A stretch of DNA of 24,000 nucleotides, from positions 755,306-779,305 of the forward strand of contig NZ_CP071867.1 in NCBI RefSeq assembly GCF_028751545.1. Reading direction: 5' to 3'. The position numbers and the translations under genes were made by a program. The notes beneath the pieces are model-generated. The model ran no database searches, had not been told where the DNA came from, and worked only from the letters and a program-made list of their open reading frames with translations. Source of the DNA: Gilliamella sp. B3022 (GTDB taxonomy: Bacteria; Pseudomonadota; Gammaproteobacteria; Enterobacterales; Orbaceae). Within the stretch, counting starts at the first letter, position 1. Every line of letters begins with the position of its first letter. Of this stretch, positions 11,201 to 20,349 are shown one piece after another.

Positions 11201-11283
11201 ATCTGTATTTTGACAGGATGAGAACTGATTAGAGGTTCGAGTCGAGTGTAATATAATTTAAATCATCTATCTTATAAAACTAG

Positions 11284-12315
11284 TTAAACACTAGCCCGCA
11301 ATCGAATGACTGGAGCTAATTCGGACAAATCTGTTTTTTCTGATGCTTTTTTATTCTTCAAACTATCTAATAACAAAGTGGCCGTATATTCACCGATCTT
11401 TTTATATGGTAAAGCGATGGTTGTTAATGCAGGAAAACTCACTTGGCTGAACTCATTATCACCAAAACCACTTACCGCTAACTGATGAGGTACTCGAATA
11501 TGACGACGTTGGCATTCATACAGGACACCACAAGCTAATTCATCGGAAGTACAAATTAATGCGTCCAATTCTGGCCAATTTAATAACATATCGGGTAATA
11601 ACTCACTTCCAGTGCTAAAATTAGCTGGTTTAGCGGCATTAATAATTCGATACGTAGGAAGATGATAGACCAACATTGCTTTATGCCATCCGTGTAAACG
11701 CTGTTGAAAAATTTGATATTCTTGGTTAGCACAAAGTAAACCAATGTATTGATAACCTTTTTTAATTACATGTTCAGTTAGCATATACATAGCCAAACTG
11801 TCATCTATTCCAATATTTATATTGGTTAATCCGTCATAATTCTTACCAATATTCAAAATAGGAACAATTTTATTTTTCAAAATCTGCTTAACAAAACCTT
11901 CATCTTCAAATTGGAATAGTAAAATTGCTTCAAGATTGTGACTATATATAGCATCTAACATTTGTGATTCAAATTTGTAATAATGATAAGATTCAATGAT
12001 TAAGGTTGTATACCCCGCTTTTGCTAAGTGTGTTTGAAGCGAATTTAACCATAGTTGAGCTGAATGATCATATATTTTAGTCGTGATAACAGCAATAACT
12101 CGATTCGCTGATGCGGAAGCTAACAAACTTGCTGCAATATTGGGTTTATATCCTAACGTATCAACAGCAATTTGAATTTTTTGGCGAAGTTTATCTGAAA
12201 CTCGATCTGGGGTTCGTAAAGCTCTGGATACGGTCATTGTTCCGACACCTGCATATTTAGCAACATCAAACAAAGTAATTTGTCCCGTTGTTTTACGCTT
12301 CTTTATTTCTTGCAT
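11284..12315 (-). CDS. LacI family transcriptional regulator (GntR/IdnR-like)
   Basis: 343 aa; ITLFDVAKYAGVGTMTVSRALRTPDRVSDKLRQKIQIAVDTLGYKPN is a LacI HTH, followed by a periplasmic-binding-like domain. Divergent to the PTS operon. Confidence 0.92.
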   Translation of the reverse strand: MQEIKKRKTTGQITLFDVAKYAGVGTMTVSRALRTPDRVSDKLRQKIQIAVDTLGYKPNIAASLLASASANRVIAVITTKIYDHSAQLWLNSLQTHLAKAGYTTLIIESYHYYKFESQMLDAIYSHNLEAILLFQFEDEGFVKQILKNKIVPILNIGKNYDGLTNINIGIDDSLAMYMLTEHVIKKGYQYIGLLCANQEYQIFQQRLHGWHKAMLVYHLPTYRIINAAKPANFSTGSELLPDMLLNWPELDALICTSDELACGVLYECQRRHIRVPHQLAVSGFGDNEFSQVSFPALTTIALPYKKIGEYTATLLLDSLKNKKASEKTDLSELAPVIRLRASV

Positions 12316-12541
12316 CTTTTATTCCGATTGAATTTAATCTAAACTTTTACTAATAAATGTTATATTAATGACAGCAAAACACGAAAAATAGACAGCATAT
12401 AATCAATAATATATAAGTGTGATAGCTTCATTTGAACTCACTCTGATTTACATAATACTATTACGTCTAAATAACTATTTTATGTTCGTCGTATTAAAAA
12501 TGTTATCTCCATCACAAAATAAGAAAAATTTTCATCAACTT

Positions 12542-12555
12542 TGATAGCGCTATCA
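12542..12555. promoter_or_regulatory. Candidate LacI-family operator TGATAGCGCTATCA
   Basis: Perfect 14-bp palindrome with central CG, between the divergent LacI-type regulator and the PTS operon. Confidence 0.65.
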
Positions 12556-12643
12556 CATTTCTATTTTTTTTTTATTTCTATTCTTATTTAGTATGTTAGT
12601 TTTTAAAGTAACTATTATTGATATCGGTTTTAATGGAGGAAAA

Positions 12644-13087
12644 ATGTTAGGTAAATGGTTAACCAGCCAAGCAGTCAACATTGTCGATTCTGTTCAAGAT
12701 TGGAAAGAAGCGATACAAATTTGTGCAAAACCATTATTAGAAAATAATGCCATTTCACCCAATTATGTCCAAGCAATTATTCAATTGCATGAATCAATTG
12801 GACCTTACTACGTATTGGCGCCTGGCATTGCCATGCCACATGCCAGACCGGAGCAAGGTGTCAATCAATTAGGGTTATCTATGCTATTGGTCAAACAAGG
12901 AGTGAAATTCAATTCAACAGAAAATGACCCCGTATATTTAATTACTTTGTTAGCCGCTAGTGACAGTACAAGCCATATTGAAATATTAACTCAATTAGCT
13001 GGTCTGTTTAGTGAATCAAACGATATGCAGACAATTTTTAAGGCACAAAACAGTGATCAAATTTTGGCTGTAATCAATCGCTATTAA
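12644..13087 (+). CDS. PTS ascorbate-type IIA subunit (UlaC-like)
   Basis: ORF 12593..13087. GGAGG lies just upstream of the ATG at 12644 (MLGKWLTSQAVNIVDSVQDWKEAI...); APGIAMPHARPEQGV is the EIIA-2 phosphorylation motif. Confidence 0.87.
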   Translation: MLGKWLTSQAVNIVDSVQDWKEAIQICAKPLLENNAISPNYVQAIIQLHESIGPYYVLAPGIAMPHARPEQGVNQLGLSMLLVKQGVKFNSTENDPVYLITLLAASDSTSHIEILTQLAGLFSESNDMQTIFKAQNSDQILAVINRY

Positions 13088-13118
13088 ATTTAATAACATT
13101 AAGAAAGGGATAAATAAA

Positions 13119-13391
13119 ATGAAAATTATGGCAGTTTGTGGTTCAGGTCTTGGTAGCAGTTTTATGGTTGAAATGAATATCAAAAAAGTTCTAAAAAAAT
13201 TAAGTATTGAAGCAGAAGTAACACATGCAGATCTTGCCTCAGCAACACCTGAACAGGCTGATGTATTTGTTATGACCAAAGATTTAGCAGACAGCTCTGG
13301 CATTCCTAGTAATAAACTTGTGGTTCTAAATAATATAATTGATATCAATGATTTGGAATCCAAGCTCGTTGAACATTTTGCTAAGCAATAA
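13119..13391 (+). CDS. PTS ascorbate-type IIB subunit (UlaB-like)
   Basis: 90 aa; MKIMAVCGSGLGSSFMVEMNIKKVLKKL is the IIB cysteine P-loop motif. Confidence 0.92.
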   Translation: MKIMAVCGSGLGSSFMVEMNIKKVLKKLSIEAEVTHADLASATPEQADVFVMTKDLADSSGIPSNKLVVLNNIIDINDLESKLVEHFAKQ

Positions 13392-13411
13392 TCAGATAAT
13401 GAGGTGTTGCG

Positions 13412-14773
13412 ATGATTCAAGAAGTTGTTAAATTTATCGTTGATATTTTAAAAGTACCTGCTGTGTTAGTTGGCATGATTGCTATGGTTGGGTTAATCGC
13501 CCAACGCAAATCATTTGCTGATACGGTAAAAGGAACGGTTAAAACGATTTTAGGATTTTTAGTTTTAGGCGGTGGTGCAAGCGTACTCATCAGTGCAATT
13601 ACACCCTTAGGCATGATGTTTGAGCAAGCCTTTAAATTACAAGGCATCATTCCTAATAATGAAGCAATTGTATCGATGGCATTAAATGAATATGGAGCAG
13701 CAACAGCATTGATTATGGCTTTTGGGATGATTGCGAATATTGTTGTTGCGCGTTTTACATGTTTAAAATTTATCTTTCTAACTGGGCATCATACATTTTA
13801 TATGGCGTGTATGATCAGCATTATTCTAACTGTTGCAGGTTTTGAAGGATGGCAATTAGTCTTTACTGGAGCATTAGTACTAGGGTTAATAATGGCATTT
13901 TTCCCTGCGATAGCTCAACCTTATATGTGTAAAATTACAGGTAATAATGATGTTGGATTTGGTCACTTTGGTACCTTAGGTTATGTATTAGCGGGAGCGT
14001 TTGGTCAAGTCGTAGGTAAAAACTCTCGATCAACAGAAGAGATGAATTTACCTAAAAATCTCAGTTTTTTACGTGATAGCTCAATTTCAATCTCATTAAC
14101 AATGATGATTATCTATTTAATTCTTGCCATTTTTGCAGGACCTGATTATATCCAAACAACATTAAGTAATGGTGATAATTACCTCGTTTATGCAATTATC
14201 GAAGCAATTACCTTTGCAGCTGGTGTATTTATTATTCTACAAGGCGTACGCTTAATTCTTGCTGAAATTGTCCCTGCATTTACAGGTTTTTCAGAAAAAC
14301 TTGTGCCAAATGCCAAACCAGCTTTAGATTGTCCAGTTGTTTTCCCATATGCACCTAATGCCGTATTAATTGGTTTTTTATTTAGTTTCCTTGGTGGATT
14401 AGTTGGTCTATTTGTATTAGGTCAGTTAAATGCTGTATTAATTCTACCTGGCGTGGTTCCTCATTTCTTCTGTGGCGCAACGGCAGGTGTCTTCGGTAAT
14501 GCAATGGGCGGACGTCGAGGTGCTATACTTGGTGCATTTGCTAACGGTTTATTAGTCACATTTTTACCGGTACTTTTATTACCTGTTTTAGGTTCACTTG
14601 GTTTTGCAAATACGACTTTCTCAGATGTTGATTTCTGTGGAATTGGTATTATCTTGGGTAATATGGCTAAATGGTTCAATAAAGACATAATAATGGTGAT
14701 TATTATTGCTATCTTTACGCTATTGGTCATCCACAATTACTTGTTTAACCATAAAAGAACCGCAAATGATTAA
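13412..14773 (+). CDS. PTS ascorbate-type transporter subunit IIC (UlaA-like)
   Basis: 453 aa polytopic protein (VPAVLVGMIAMVGLIAQRKSFADTVKGTVKTILGF; FFCGATAGVFGNAMGGRRGA), in operon with IIA and IIB. Confidence 0.9.
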   Translation: MIQEVVKFIVDILKVPAVLVGMIAMVGLIAQRKSFADTVKGTVKTILGFLVLGGGASVLISAITPLGMMFEQAFKLQGIIPNNEAIVSMALNEYGAATALIMAFGMIANIVVARFTCLKFIFLTGHHTFYMACMISIILTVAGFEGWQLVFTGALVLGLIMAFFPAIAQPYMCKITGNNDVGFGHFGTLGYVLAGAFGQVVGKNSRSTEEMNLPKNLSFLRDSSISISLTMMIIYLILAIFAGPDYIQTTLSNGDNYLVYAIIEAITFAAGVFIILQGVRLILAEIVPAFTGFSEKLVPNAKPALDCPVVFPYAPNAVLIGFLFSFLGGLVGLFVLGQLNAVLILPGVVPHFFCGATAGVFGNAMGGRRGAILGAFANGLLVTFLPVLLLPVLGSLGFANTTFSDVDFCGIGIILGNMAKWFNKDIIMVIIIAIFTLLVIHNYLFNHKRTAND

Positions 14774-14814
14774 AGCGTAAAAGTTTCTAATTAATACAAG
14801 ATAACAATTCAATG

Positions 14815-14841
14815 ACCAGATCAAATGGTCTGGTAGGTTTT
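14815..14841 (+). terminator. Probable terminator of the ula-like PTS operon
   Basis: ACCAGA-TCAAATGG-TCTGGT stem followed by AGGTTTTTAT. Confidence 0.55.
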
Positions 14842-14956
14842 TATAAGTACAGTAACAGCACAATTAAAATTACAACTCATGAACTAACTTATATTTATAT
14901 CATTCTTTAATTTGTGTTAATAAAAAATTGATTGTACTCTTTTAAAGGAATCGTTA

Positions 14957-15508
14957 ATGACAAATCCCAATCAACAAGGCATCTTTGTCAATGAGCATAT
15001 TCACTTAGTCCCACCAGATCGACGATACTCGACAAAGTTATACAATATTATTGATGTAAACCGTGATAATTTTAGTCAATATATGGCATGGACGAAGTTT
15101 GTCAGTAATGAAACAGACACATCAAATTTCTTAGATAATTGTACAATTGAACATCAAATAGATCTCACCAAAACTTATCTAATTTTACTGGATAATAACC
15201 TCGTCGGTTTACTGTCTTTCAATCAGATAGATAAAAACAATAAAACCGCTTATATTGGTTATTGGCTCGATAAACGAACAGAAGGTAAAGGTATTATGAC
15301 TCAAGCCATTCAAGCTCTTACTCATCACTATGCATCACAAAAAATAATTAAACGATTTGTTATCAAATGCTCTGTAGATAATCCAAAAAGTAATGCTGTT
15401 GCAAAACGATGCGGTTTTAGCTATGAAGGCACACTTAAACAGGCGGAATACTTAAATGGAATTTATCATGATCAAAATATTTATGGTCTAATTTCAACGT
15501 ACCTTTAA
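14957..15508 (+). CDS. rimL: GNAT family N-acetyltransferase, RimL-like (ribosomal protein serine acetyltransferase)
   Basis: 183 aa; LVGLLSFNQIDKNNKTAYIGYWLDKRTEGKGIMTQAIQALTHHYA and FVIKCSVDNPKSNAVAKRCGF...GTLKQAEYLNG resemble E. coli RimL closely. Confidence 0.87.
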   Translation: MTNPNQQGIFVNEHIHLVPPDRRYSTKLYNIIDVNRDNFSQYMAWTKFVSNETDTSNFLDNCTIEHQIDLTKTYLILLDNNLVGLLSFNQIDKNNKTAYIGYWLDKRTEGKGIMTQAIQALTHHYASQKIIKRFVIKCSVDNPKSNAVAKRCGFSYEGTLKQAEYLNGIYHDQNIYGLISTYL

Positions 15509-15532
15509 AATTATCACGATGAAATTATGCAC

Positions 15533-15560
15533 AAAAAAACCGACTAATGTCGGTTTTTTA
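15533..15560. terminator. Rho-independent (likely bidirectional) terminator between rimL and the APC permease
   Basis: AAAAAAACCGAC-TAAT-GTCGGTTTTTTA, with A-tract and T-tract flanks between convergent genes. Confidence 0.85.
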
Positions 15561-15613
15561 TTTCTATCATTTTTAAATAACCTATCTCACGATAAGCTTT
15601 ATACATTCAATAA

Positions 15614-17062
15614 TTATCTACTAACCACATTACCATAAAGAGCTAACAGAGCAACGATAATCATTGCAGAAATGGCGATAATATATTGCATTTTCACTTT
15701 GTATTTCTTCATTTTACCAAGCGAAAGCTCTTTATTCTGATTCTTTCTATGGTAATAATAATATAAAGGTAAACCAATTAATGTCAGAATGATGGACGCA
15801 ATGCCATTAAAGGTTTGATAAACAAGCATACCATAAATAACATACATAGCACCCAATATAGCTATAATCGGAATAATTGGATAACCAATTACTTTATAAG
15901 ATCTTGGAACATTAGCATACTTTTTACGGGCAATGATAACACCGATAAATGTTAATAAATAAAATACCCAAATTGAAAACATCGAGATTTCCGATAAACG
16001 ATCTGCATCAAGCAAGATCGAATATAAAAAAGAAAATATCACTAATACACATATAGCATTAACCGGTGAGCGGCTATCATCATCAATTGTACTTAAATAA
16101 CGTGCACCAATGATGGTTCCTCGTTCTGCCATACTAAAAATAGTACGAGATAACGTCATAATATAACCATTAATTCCTCCTAAAATTGAGATCATAATGC
16201 CAACAGCAACTAAATTACCACCTAAATGGCCAAACATACGTTGTGAAGCAACAGCCGATGCATCATGACCGAGTGATACCATTTCTTGTACAGGAAAAAT
16301 TTTAAATAATGCAATATTGATGCAAGCATAAACAATAACTAAAAATATAATACCCAAAATGATTGCTTTAGGTAACACTTTTGCAGGGTTATGAATTTCA
16401 CCAGCAACCGAGGCTACTTGAGCCCAGCCATCATAAGCAAATAAAGTGGCCAAAATCGCTACAGCAAACGGAGCATAAGTTTCAATACCTTGACCACTAG
16501 TACTAAATAATGCGACTTGACCATTGCCTTTCAATAGTCCAAATACCGCTAATAATAAAATAGGAATAAGCTTACAAACAGTAGCAATCGTTTGCAGATA
16601 ACCGGCTTGTTTCACGCCAATAGCATTAATAACAGCAATAAAACCTAAAACACCAGCACTGACCGCCATTTTAAAAGAATCATCTATGCCAAATAACAGA
16701 CAAAATACCGAACTAAAATACCCCACCAATGCGCCAACTAATGACGGAGCAAAAAGCACCGTAATCATCCAACCATAAAGATGGGAAACTTTTGAGCCAT
16801 AAATTTTTTCCAAATAAACCAGCATACCACCTGTACGTGGAAACATAACACCCAATTCACAAAGTGTTAATCCACCACAAATAGAAAAAACACCACCAAT
16901 AATCCACGCTAATAATGCATAGTTATAATCACCAGCAACTTCTAATACGGCAGGTGGTTTCATAAATGCACCTGCCCCTAAAACCATACCAACCACCAGT
17001 GACAATGCAGAAACTAAACCAAGATCTTTCCGTAAATTATTTTCTAAATTGTGATCTTCCAT
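15614..17062 (-). CDS. APC family amino acid permease
   Basis: ORF 15614..17125 (TTG start). The in-frame ATG at 17062 (MEDHNLENNLRKDLG) is preceded by AGGA. Core LVSALSLVVGMVLGAGAFMKPPAVLEVAGDY is typical of APC/LAT-type transporters. Confidence 0.88.
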   Translation of the reverse strand: MEDHNLENNLRKDLGLVSALSLVVGMVLGAGAFMKPPAVLEVAGDYNYALLAWIIGGVFSICGGLTLCELGVMFPRTGGMLVYLEKIYGSKVSHLYGWMITVLFAPSLVGALVGYFSSVFCLLFGIDDSFKMAVSAGVLGFIAVINAIGVKQAGYLQTIATVCKLIPILLLAVFGLLKGNGQVALFSTSGQGIETYAPFAVAILATLFAYDGWAQVASVAGEIHNPAKVLPKAIILGIIFLVIVYACINIALFKIFPVQEMVSLGHDASAVASQRMFGHLGGNLVAVGIMISILGGINGYIMTLSRTIFSMAERGTIIGARYLSTIDDDSRSPVNAICVLVIFSFLYSILLDADRLSEISMFSIWVFYLLTFIGVIIARKKYANVPRSYKVIGYPIIPIIAILGAMYVIYGMLVYQTFNGIASIILTLIGLPLYYYYHRKNQNKELSLGKMKKYKVKMQYIIAISAMIIVALLALYGNVVSR

Positions 17063-17200
17063 ACAGGTCCTCTTAAAACATATTAAATTAGCGAGCAAAA
17101 TAGATTTATGATAGGGATTTATCAATAAAATACAAGAAAGATTAATATTATTGATAGTAAAAGTCGCGAAAGTAAAATGAATAAATCAATATTTAGTCAA

Positions 17201-17232
17201 GAAAAAAGCCGGCATCAAGCCAGCTTTTATTC
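17201..17232. terminator. Terminator hairpin between adhP and the APC permease
   Basis: GAAAAAAGCCGGC-ATCAA-GCCAGCTTTTATT; stem with one C/A mismatch, A/T-tract flanks. Confidence 0.6.
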
Positions 17233-17257
17233 TTTTTCAACTTAAATAGAAAAACGA

Positions 17258-18292
17258 TCAGCTCTGTTTTTTCATTTTCATATCAACAACCATACGACCG
17301 CGAATTTTACCTTCTCTCATTTCATTAATCATTTCGTTGATGTCTTCAAATGGACGCTTTTCAACTATTGGTACAACTTTACCTTCAGCACTAAATTGGA
17401 ATGCTTCAGCTAAATCTTCACGCGTACCAACCAAAGAACCTAAAATTTGAATCCCATCTAATACCGTTTTAGGAATACTTAAATCCATAGTTTCAGAAGG
17501 TAAACCTAAAGCGACCACTCTACCTAAAGGACGAACAGACTCAATTGCTTGATTAAAGGCTGTTTTAGTGACCGATGTCACTACCGCACCATGCACACCT
17601 CCACCCGTATGTTTTTTAATATAAGCACCAACATCAGTTACTTTTTTCGGATTGACAATTAAGTCAGCACCCAGTTCTTTACATAGTTCTAACTGGCTGT
17701 CACTATTACTAATCGCCACCACTTTATTGTTGAATACTTTTTTGCCATATTCAACTGCCAAGGTGCCTAAACCACCAATACCAAATACCGCAAGCCATTG
17801 CCCCGGTTTGGTGTCTGCAACTTTAATACCTTTGTAAGTTGTTACTCCTGCACAAGTTATACTGGTTGCTTGAGCTGGATCTAATCCTTCTGGCACTTTA
17901 ACAGCGTAATCCGCTTTTACAATACACTGTTCTGCCATACCACCATCAACACTGTATCCAGAATTTAAAGCACTACGGCAAAAGGTTTCTTGACCTGAAA
18001 TACAATACTCACACGAACCACAGCCAGCATGGAACCAAGCAATACTGACACGATCACCTATTTTTAAGCTTTTTACATCTGGAGCAATTTTAGTCACGAT
18101 CCCTACTCCCTCATGTCCAATAACACGACCTGGTTTTTTACCAAAATCACCTGCCGCGACATGAAGATCGGTATGACAAAGGCCACAATATTCAACTTCA
18201 ACTAAAGCTTCACCTGCTTCTAATGGACGCAGTGGAATATCTTTAATTTCAACTTGACCATCGCACTCTTGTCTAACAACTGCTGCCTTCAT
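17258..18292 (-). CDS. adhP: Zinc-dependent alcohol dehydrogenase AdhP
   Basis: 344 aa; [39 protein letters not shown] (structural zinc) and [14 protein letters not shown]; closely matches E. coli AdhP. Confidence 0.94.
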   Translation of the reverse strand: MKAAVVRQECDGQVEIKDIPLRPLEAGEALVEVEYCGLCHTDLHVAAGDFGKKPGRVIGHEGVGIVTKIAPDVKSLKIGDRVSIAWFHAGCGSCEYCISGQETFCRSALNSGYSVDGGMAEQCIVKADYAVKVPEGLDPAQATSITCAGVTTYKGIKVADTKPGQWLAVFGIGGLGTLAVEYGKKVFNNKVVAISNSDSQLELCKELGADLIVNPKKVTDVGAYIKKHTGGGVHGAVVTSVTKTAFNQAIESVRPLGRVVALGLPSETMDLSIPKTVLDGIQILGSLVGTREDLAEAFQFSAEGKVVPIVEKRPFEDINEMINEMREGKIRGRMVVDMKMKKQS

Positions 18293-18738
18293 TTTTTTCT
18301 CCTACATAATTTGAAAATACAATATAACTGAGTTTATTTTATCCTAACCATGCTGAAAAAAAATGAGTTATTTCACAAAATTATTAAAAACATTGAATAT
18401 TTAATAATCCTAATTGAAACGTATATCTAACCTCAAACATATTGACAAACAATAGCGAAATATTTCAAAAAAACGTGTTTAAATTAGATTTTGATAATTT
18501 GGTTAGTTTTTTATTTTTTTGTTCTCTATTGAATAAAAAAGCATACTTATAAACTTAATTAAACTTAGCCAAATAAATGGATAACAAAAGTATTTTCACG
18601 ATCAATAATCCTAATTTTAACTTTGCATTCATATCATGAAATTTAACGCCAGTTAACAACGTATTAAGATATTTTGAAAGATTCTGTCAGGAAAAGAATG
18701 GACGATCATGGGCAGGAAAAAATGTTTATATACCTTAA

Positions 18739-18766
18739 AGGAACGAGTCTAAATACTCGCTCCTTA
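18739..18766. other. Long imperfect hairpin AAGGAaCGAGT-CTAAAT-ACTCGcTCCTT
   Basis: Inverted repeat with 5 bp + A/C mismatch + 5 bp stem and 6-nt loop, just past the 3' end of the minus-strand MFS gene. No immediate U-tract on either strand. Confidence 0.55.
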
Positions 18767-18788
18767 TTTAAGTTTAACACAATGATTA

Positions 18789-20108
18789 TTAACCAATATC
18801 TTTTGCAATATATTTCTGACTCTGGTTATTTATTAATAAAAATAGCCCAATTAATGCACCTAGTGTAAATAACCCAACCACATACATAGCAGGTGCCATT
18901 TTGCTTACAAAGTCACTCAAAAAAGATATTAATAAAGGTGTTAATCCACCTGCGATGGCATACGCCATATTAAATGAAAACGATACGCCACTATAACGAA
19001 TTTGAGCAGGAAAAACTTTCACCATAAAACACGCAAAAGCCCCAACAATACCAACACAGAATCCGGCTAGAGAATAAGTGATAAATAAAAGTTGATGGTT
19101 ATCTAATGATAAATAAAAAATAGCGATAGCAAGTGTAGCAAAAATACAACCCATTAATATGACTTTACCCATAGCAAACTTATCCATCATCATGCCATAA
19201 AAAGTACAACTTATAATCAGACCAATGATGGCTAATATATTAGCTTGTAATGCATCAATAGGTGAGTAACCAAATGCTTTTTGCAATAAAATGGGGGTCA
19301 TTAACATAATGACCATAATACCGGCAGACAAAACCCAAGTCAGTAACATTGATAATATTGTCTGGGGTAAATATTGAGTTATCACGGTAATAACAGGAAT
19401 TTTATTAGACAATTCTTGCTGTTTACGTTTCTGAATTTCAAGAAAAATTGGGGTTTCTTTTAACCAACGGCGCAAATACATTGCCATCAAACCAAAAATA
19501 CCACCAATAAGAAAAGGAATTCGCCATCCCCAATCAATTAATTGTTCGGGAGAGACGCTTTTATTTATAACAGTTGAAACCAATGATCCGAATAAAATAC
19601 CTAAACTTAAGCCACTGGTTAAAATTCCACATGCTAAACCAATTTTATTTTTTGGTACGTGTTCAGCAACAAATGTCCAAGCACCGGGTACTTCACCGCC
19701 TACTGCCAGACCCTGACATAATCGCATAAGTAGGAGTAATAAAGGAGCAAAAACACCAATATGGGTATATGTTGGTAAACAACCGATAAATAACGTCGGT
19801 AAAGCCATAAGCAGTATACTAAGCGTAAACATTCGTTTTCGACCAAAAAGATCGCCAAAGTGCGCCATAATAATTCCTCCAAAGGGACGAATTAAATAAC
19901 CTGCTGCAAAAATACCGAATGTTTGTACCTGACTTAACCATACTGGCATATCATTTGGAAAAAACAGATGACTAATAGTAATTGAAAAGAAAACAAATAT
20001 AATAAAATCATAAAACTCTAAAGCTCCACCTAAAGCAGACAATGCTAACGTTTTATAATCTTGTTTATTTAAAGTACGAGTGTACGTAATGGGTGCTGTG
20101 TATGACAT
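18789..20108 (-). CDS. MFS transporter, metabolite:H+ symporter (MHS/ProP-like) family
   Basis: ORF 18789..20171. The in-frame ATG at 20108 (MSYTAPITYTRTLNKQDYKTLALSALGGALEFYDFIIFVFF) is the likely start; GHFGDLFGRKRMF and GGEVPGAWTFVAEHVP are MHS hallmarks. Confidence 0.88.
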   Translation of the reverse strand: MSYTAPITYTRTLNKQDYKTLALSALGGALEFYDFIIFVFFSITISHLFFPNDMPVWLSQVQTFGIFAAGYLIRPFGGIIMAHFGDLFGRKRMFTLSILLMALPTLFIGCLPTYTHIGVFAPLLLLLMRLCQGLAVGGEVPGAWTFVAEHVPKNKIGLACGILTSGLSLGILFGSLVSTVINKSVSPEQLIDWGWRIPFLIGGIFGLMAMYLRRWLKETPIFLEIQKRKQQELSNKIPVITVITQYLPQTILSMLLTWVLSAGIMVIMLMTPILLQKAFGYSPIDALQANILAIIGLIISCTFYGMMMDKFAMGKVILMGCIFATLAIAIFYLSLDNHQLLFITYSLAGFCVGIVGAFACFMVKVFPAQIRYSGVSFSFNMAYAIAGGLTPLLISFLSDFVSKMAPAMYVVGLFTLGALIGLFLLINNQSQKYIAKDIG

Positions 20109-20349
20109 GATCTTCCTTGTAATTTTTTTTTTACACATAGTATATTTTAATGTACTAATATACCTGAACACCCTATTTTTTAAAAGAAAATATCAATTAA
20201 AACGACAACCTACATTTTATTATCGGTATAATATAAAATCTTTTTTTAAAATATATCTTATTTGATTAGATAAACAGCACTAAATGATTAATATACCGTG
20301 ACAAATTAAAACTACAATCAAAAAATATTTTAAAATGGAGAGTCGTGAA

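Noticed and set aside
12415-12436. Possible CRP site (AAGTGTGATAGCTTCATTTG)
   Set aside because: Left half TGTGA is good but the right half does not match TCACA at the required spacing.
13016-13650. Minus-strand ORFs of 134 and 77 aa
   Set aside because: Antisense to the PTS IIB and IIC genes.
14461-14736. 91-aa minus-strand ORF
   Set aside because: Antisense to the C-terminal part of the PTS IIC gene.
17652-17837. 61-aa plus-strand ORF inside adhP
   Set aside because: Antisense to conserved AdhP coding sequence.
18674-18868. 64-aa plus-strand ORF in the gap before the MFS gene
   Set aside because: Overlaps the MFS 3' end antisense; no recognised family, no good RBS.
20080-20265. 61-aa plus-strand ORF upstream of lacD
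   Set aside because: Lies in the AT-rich divergent promoter region; translation is an uninformative hydrophobic/aromatic string.
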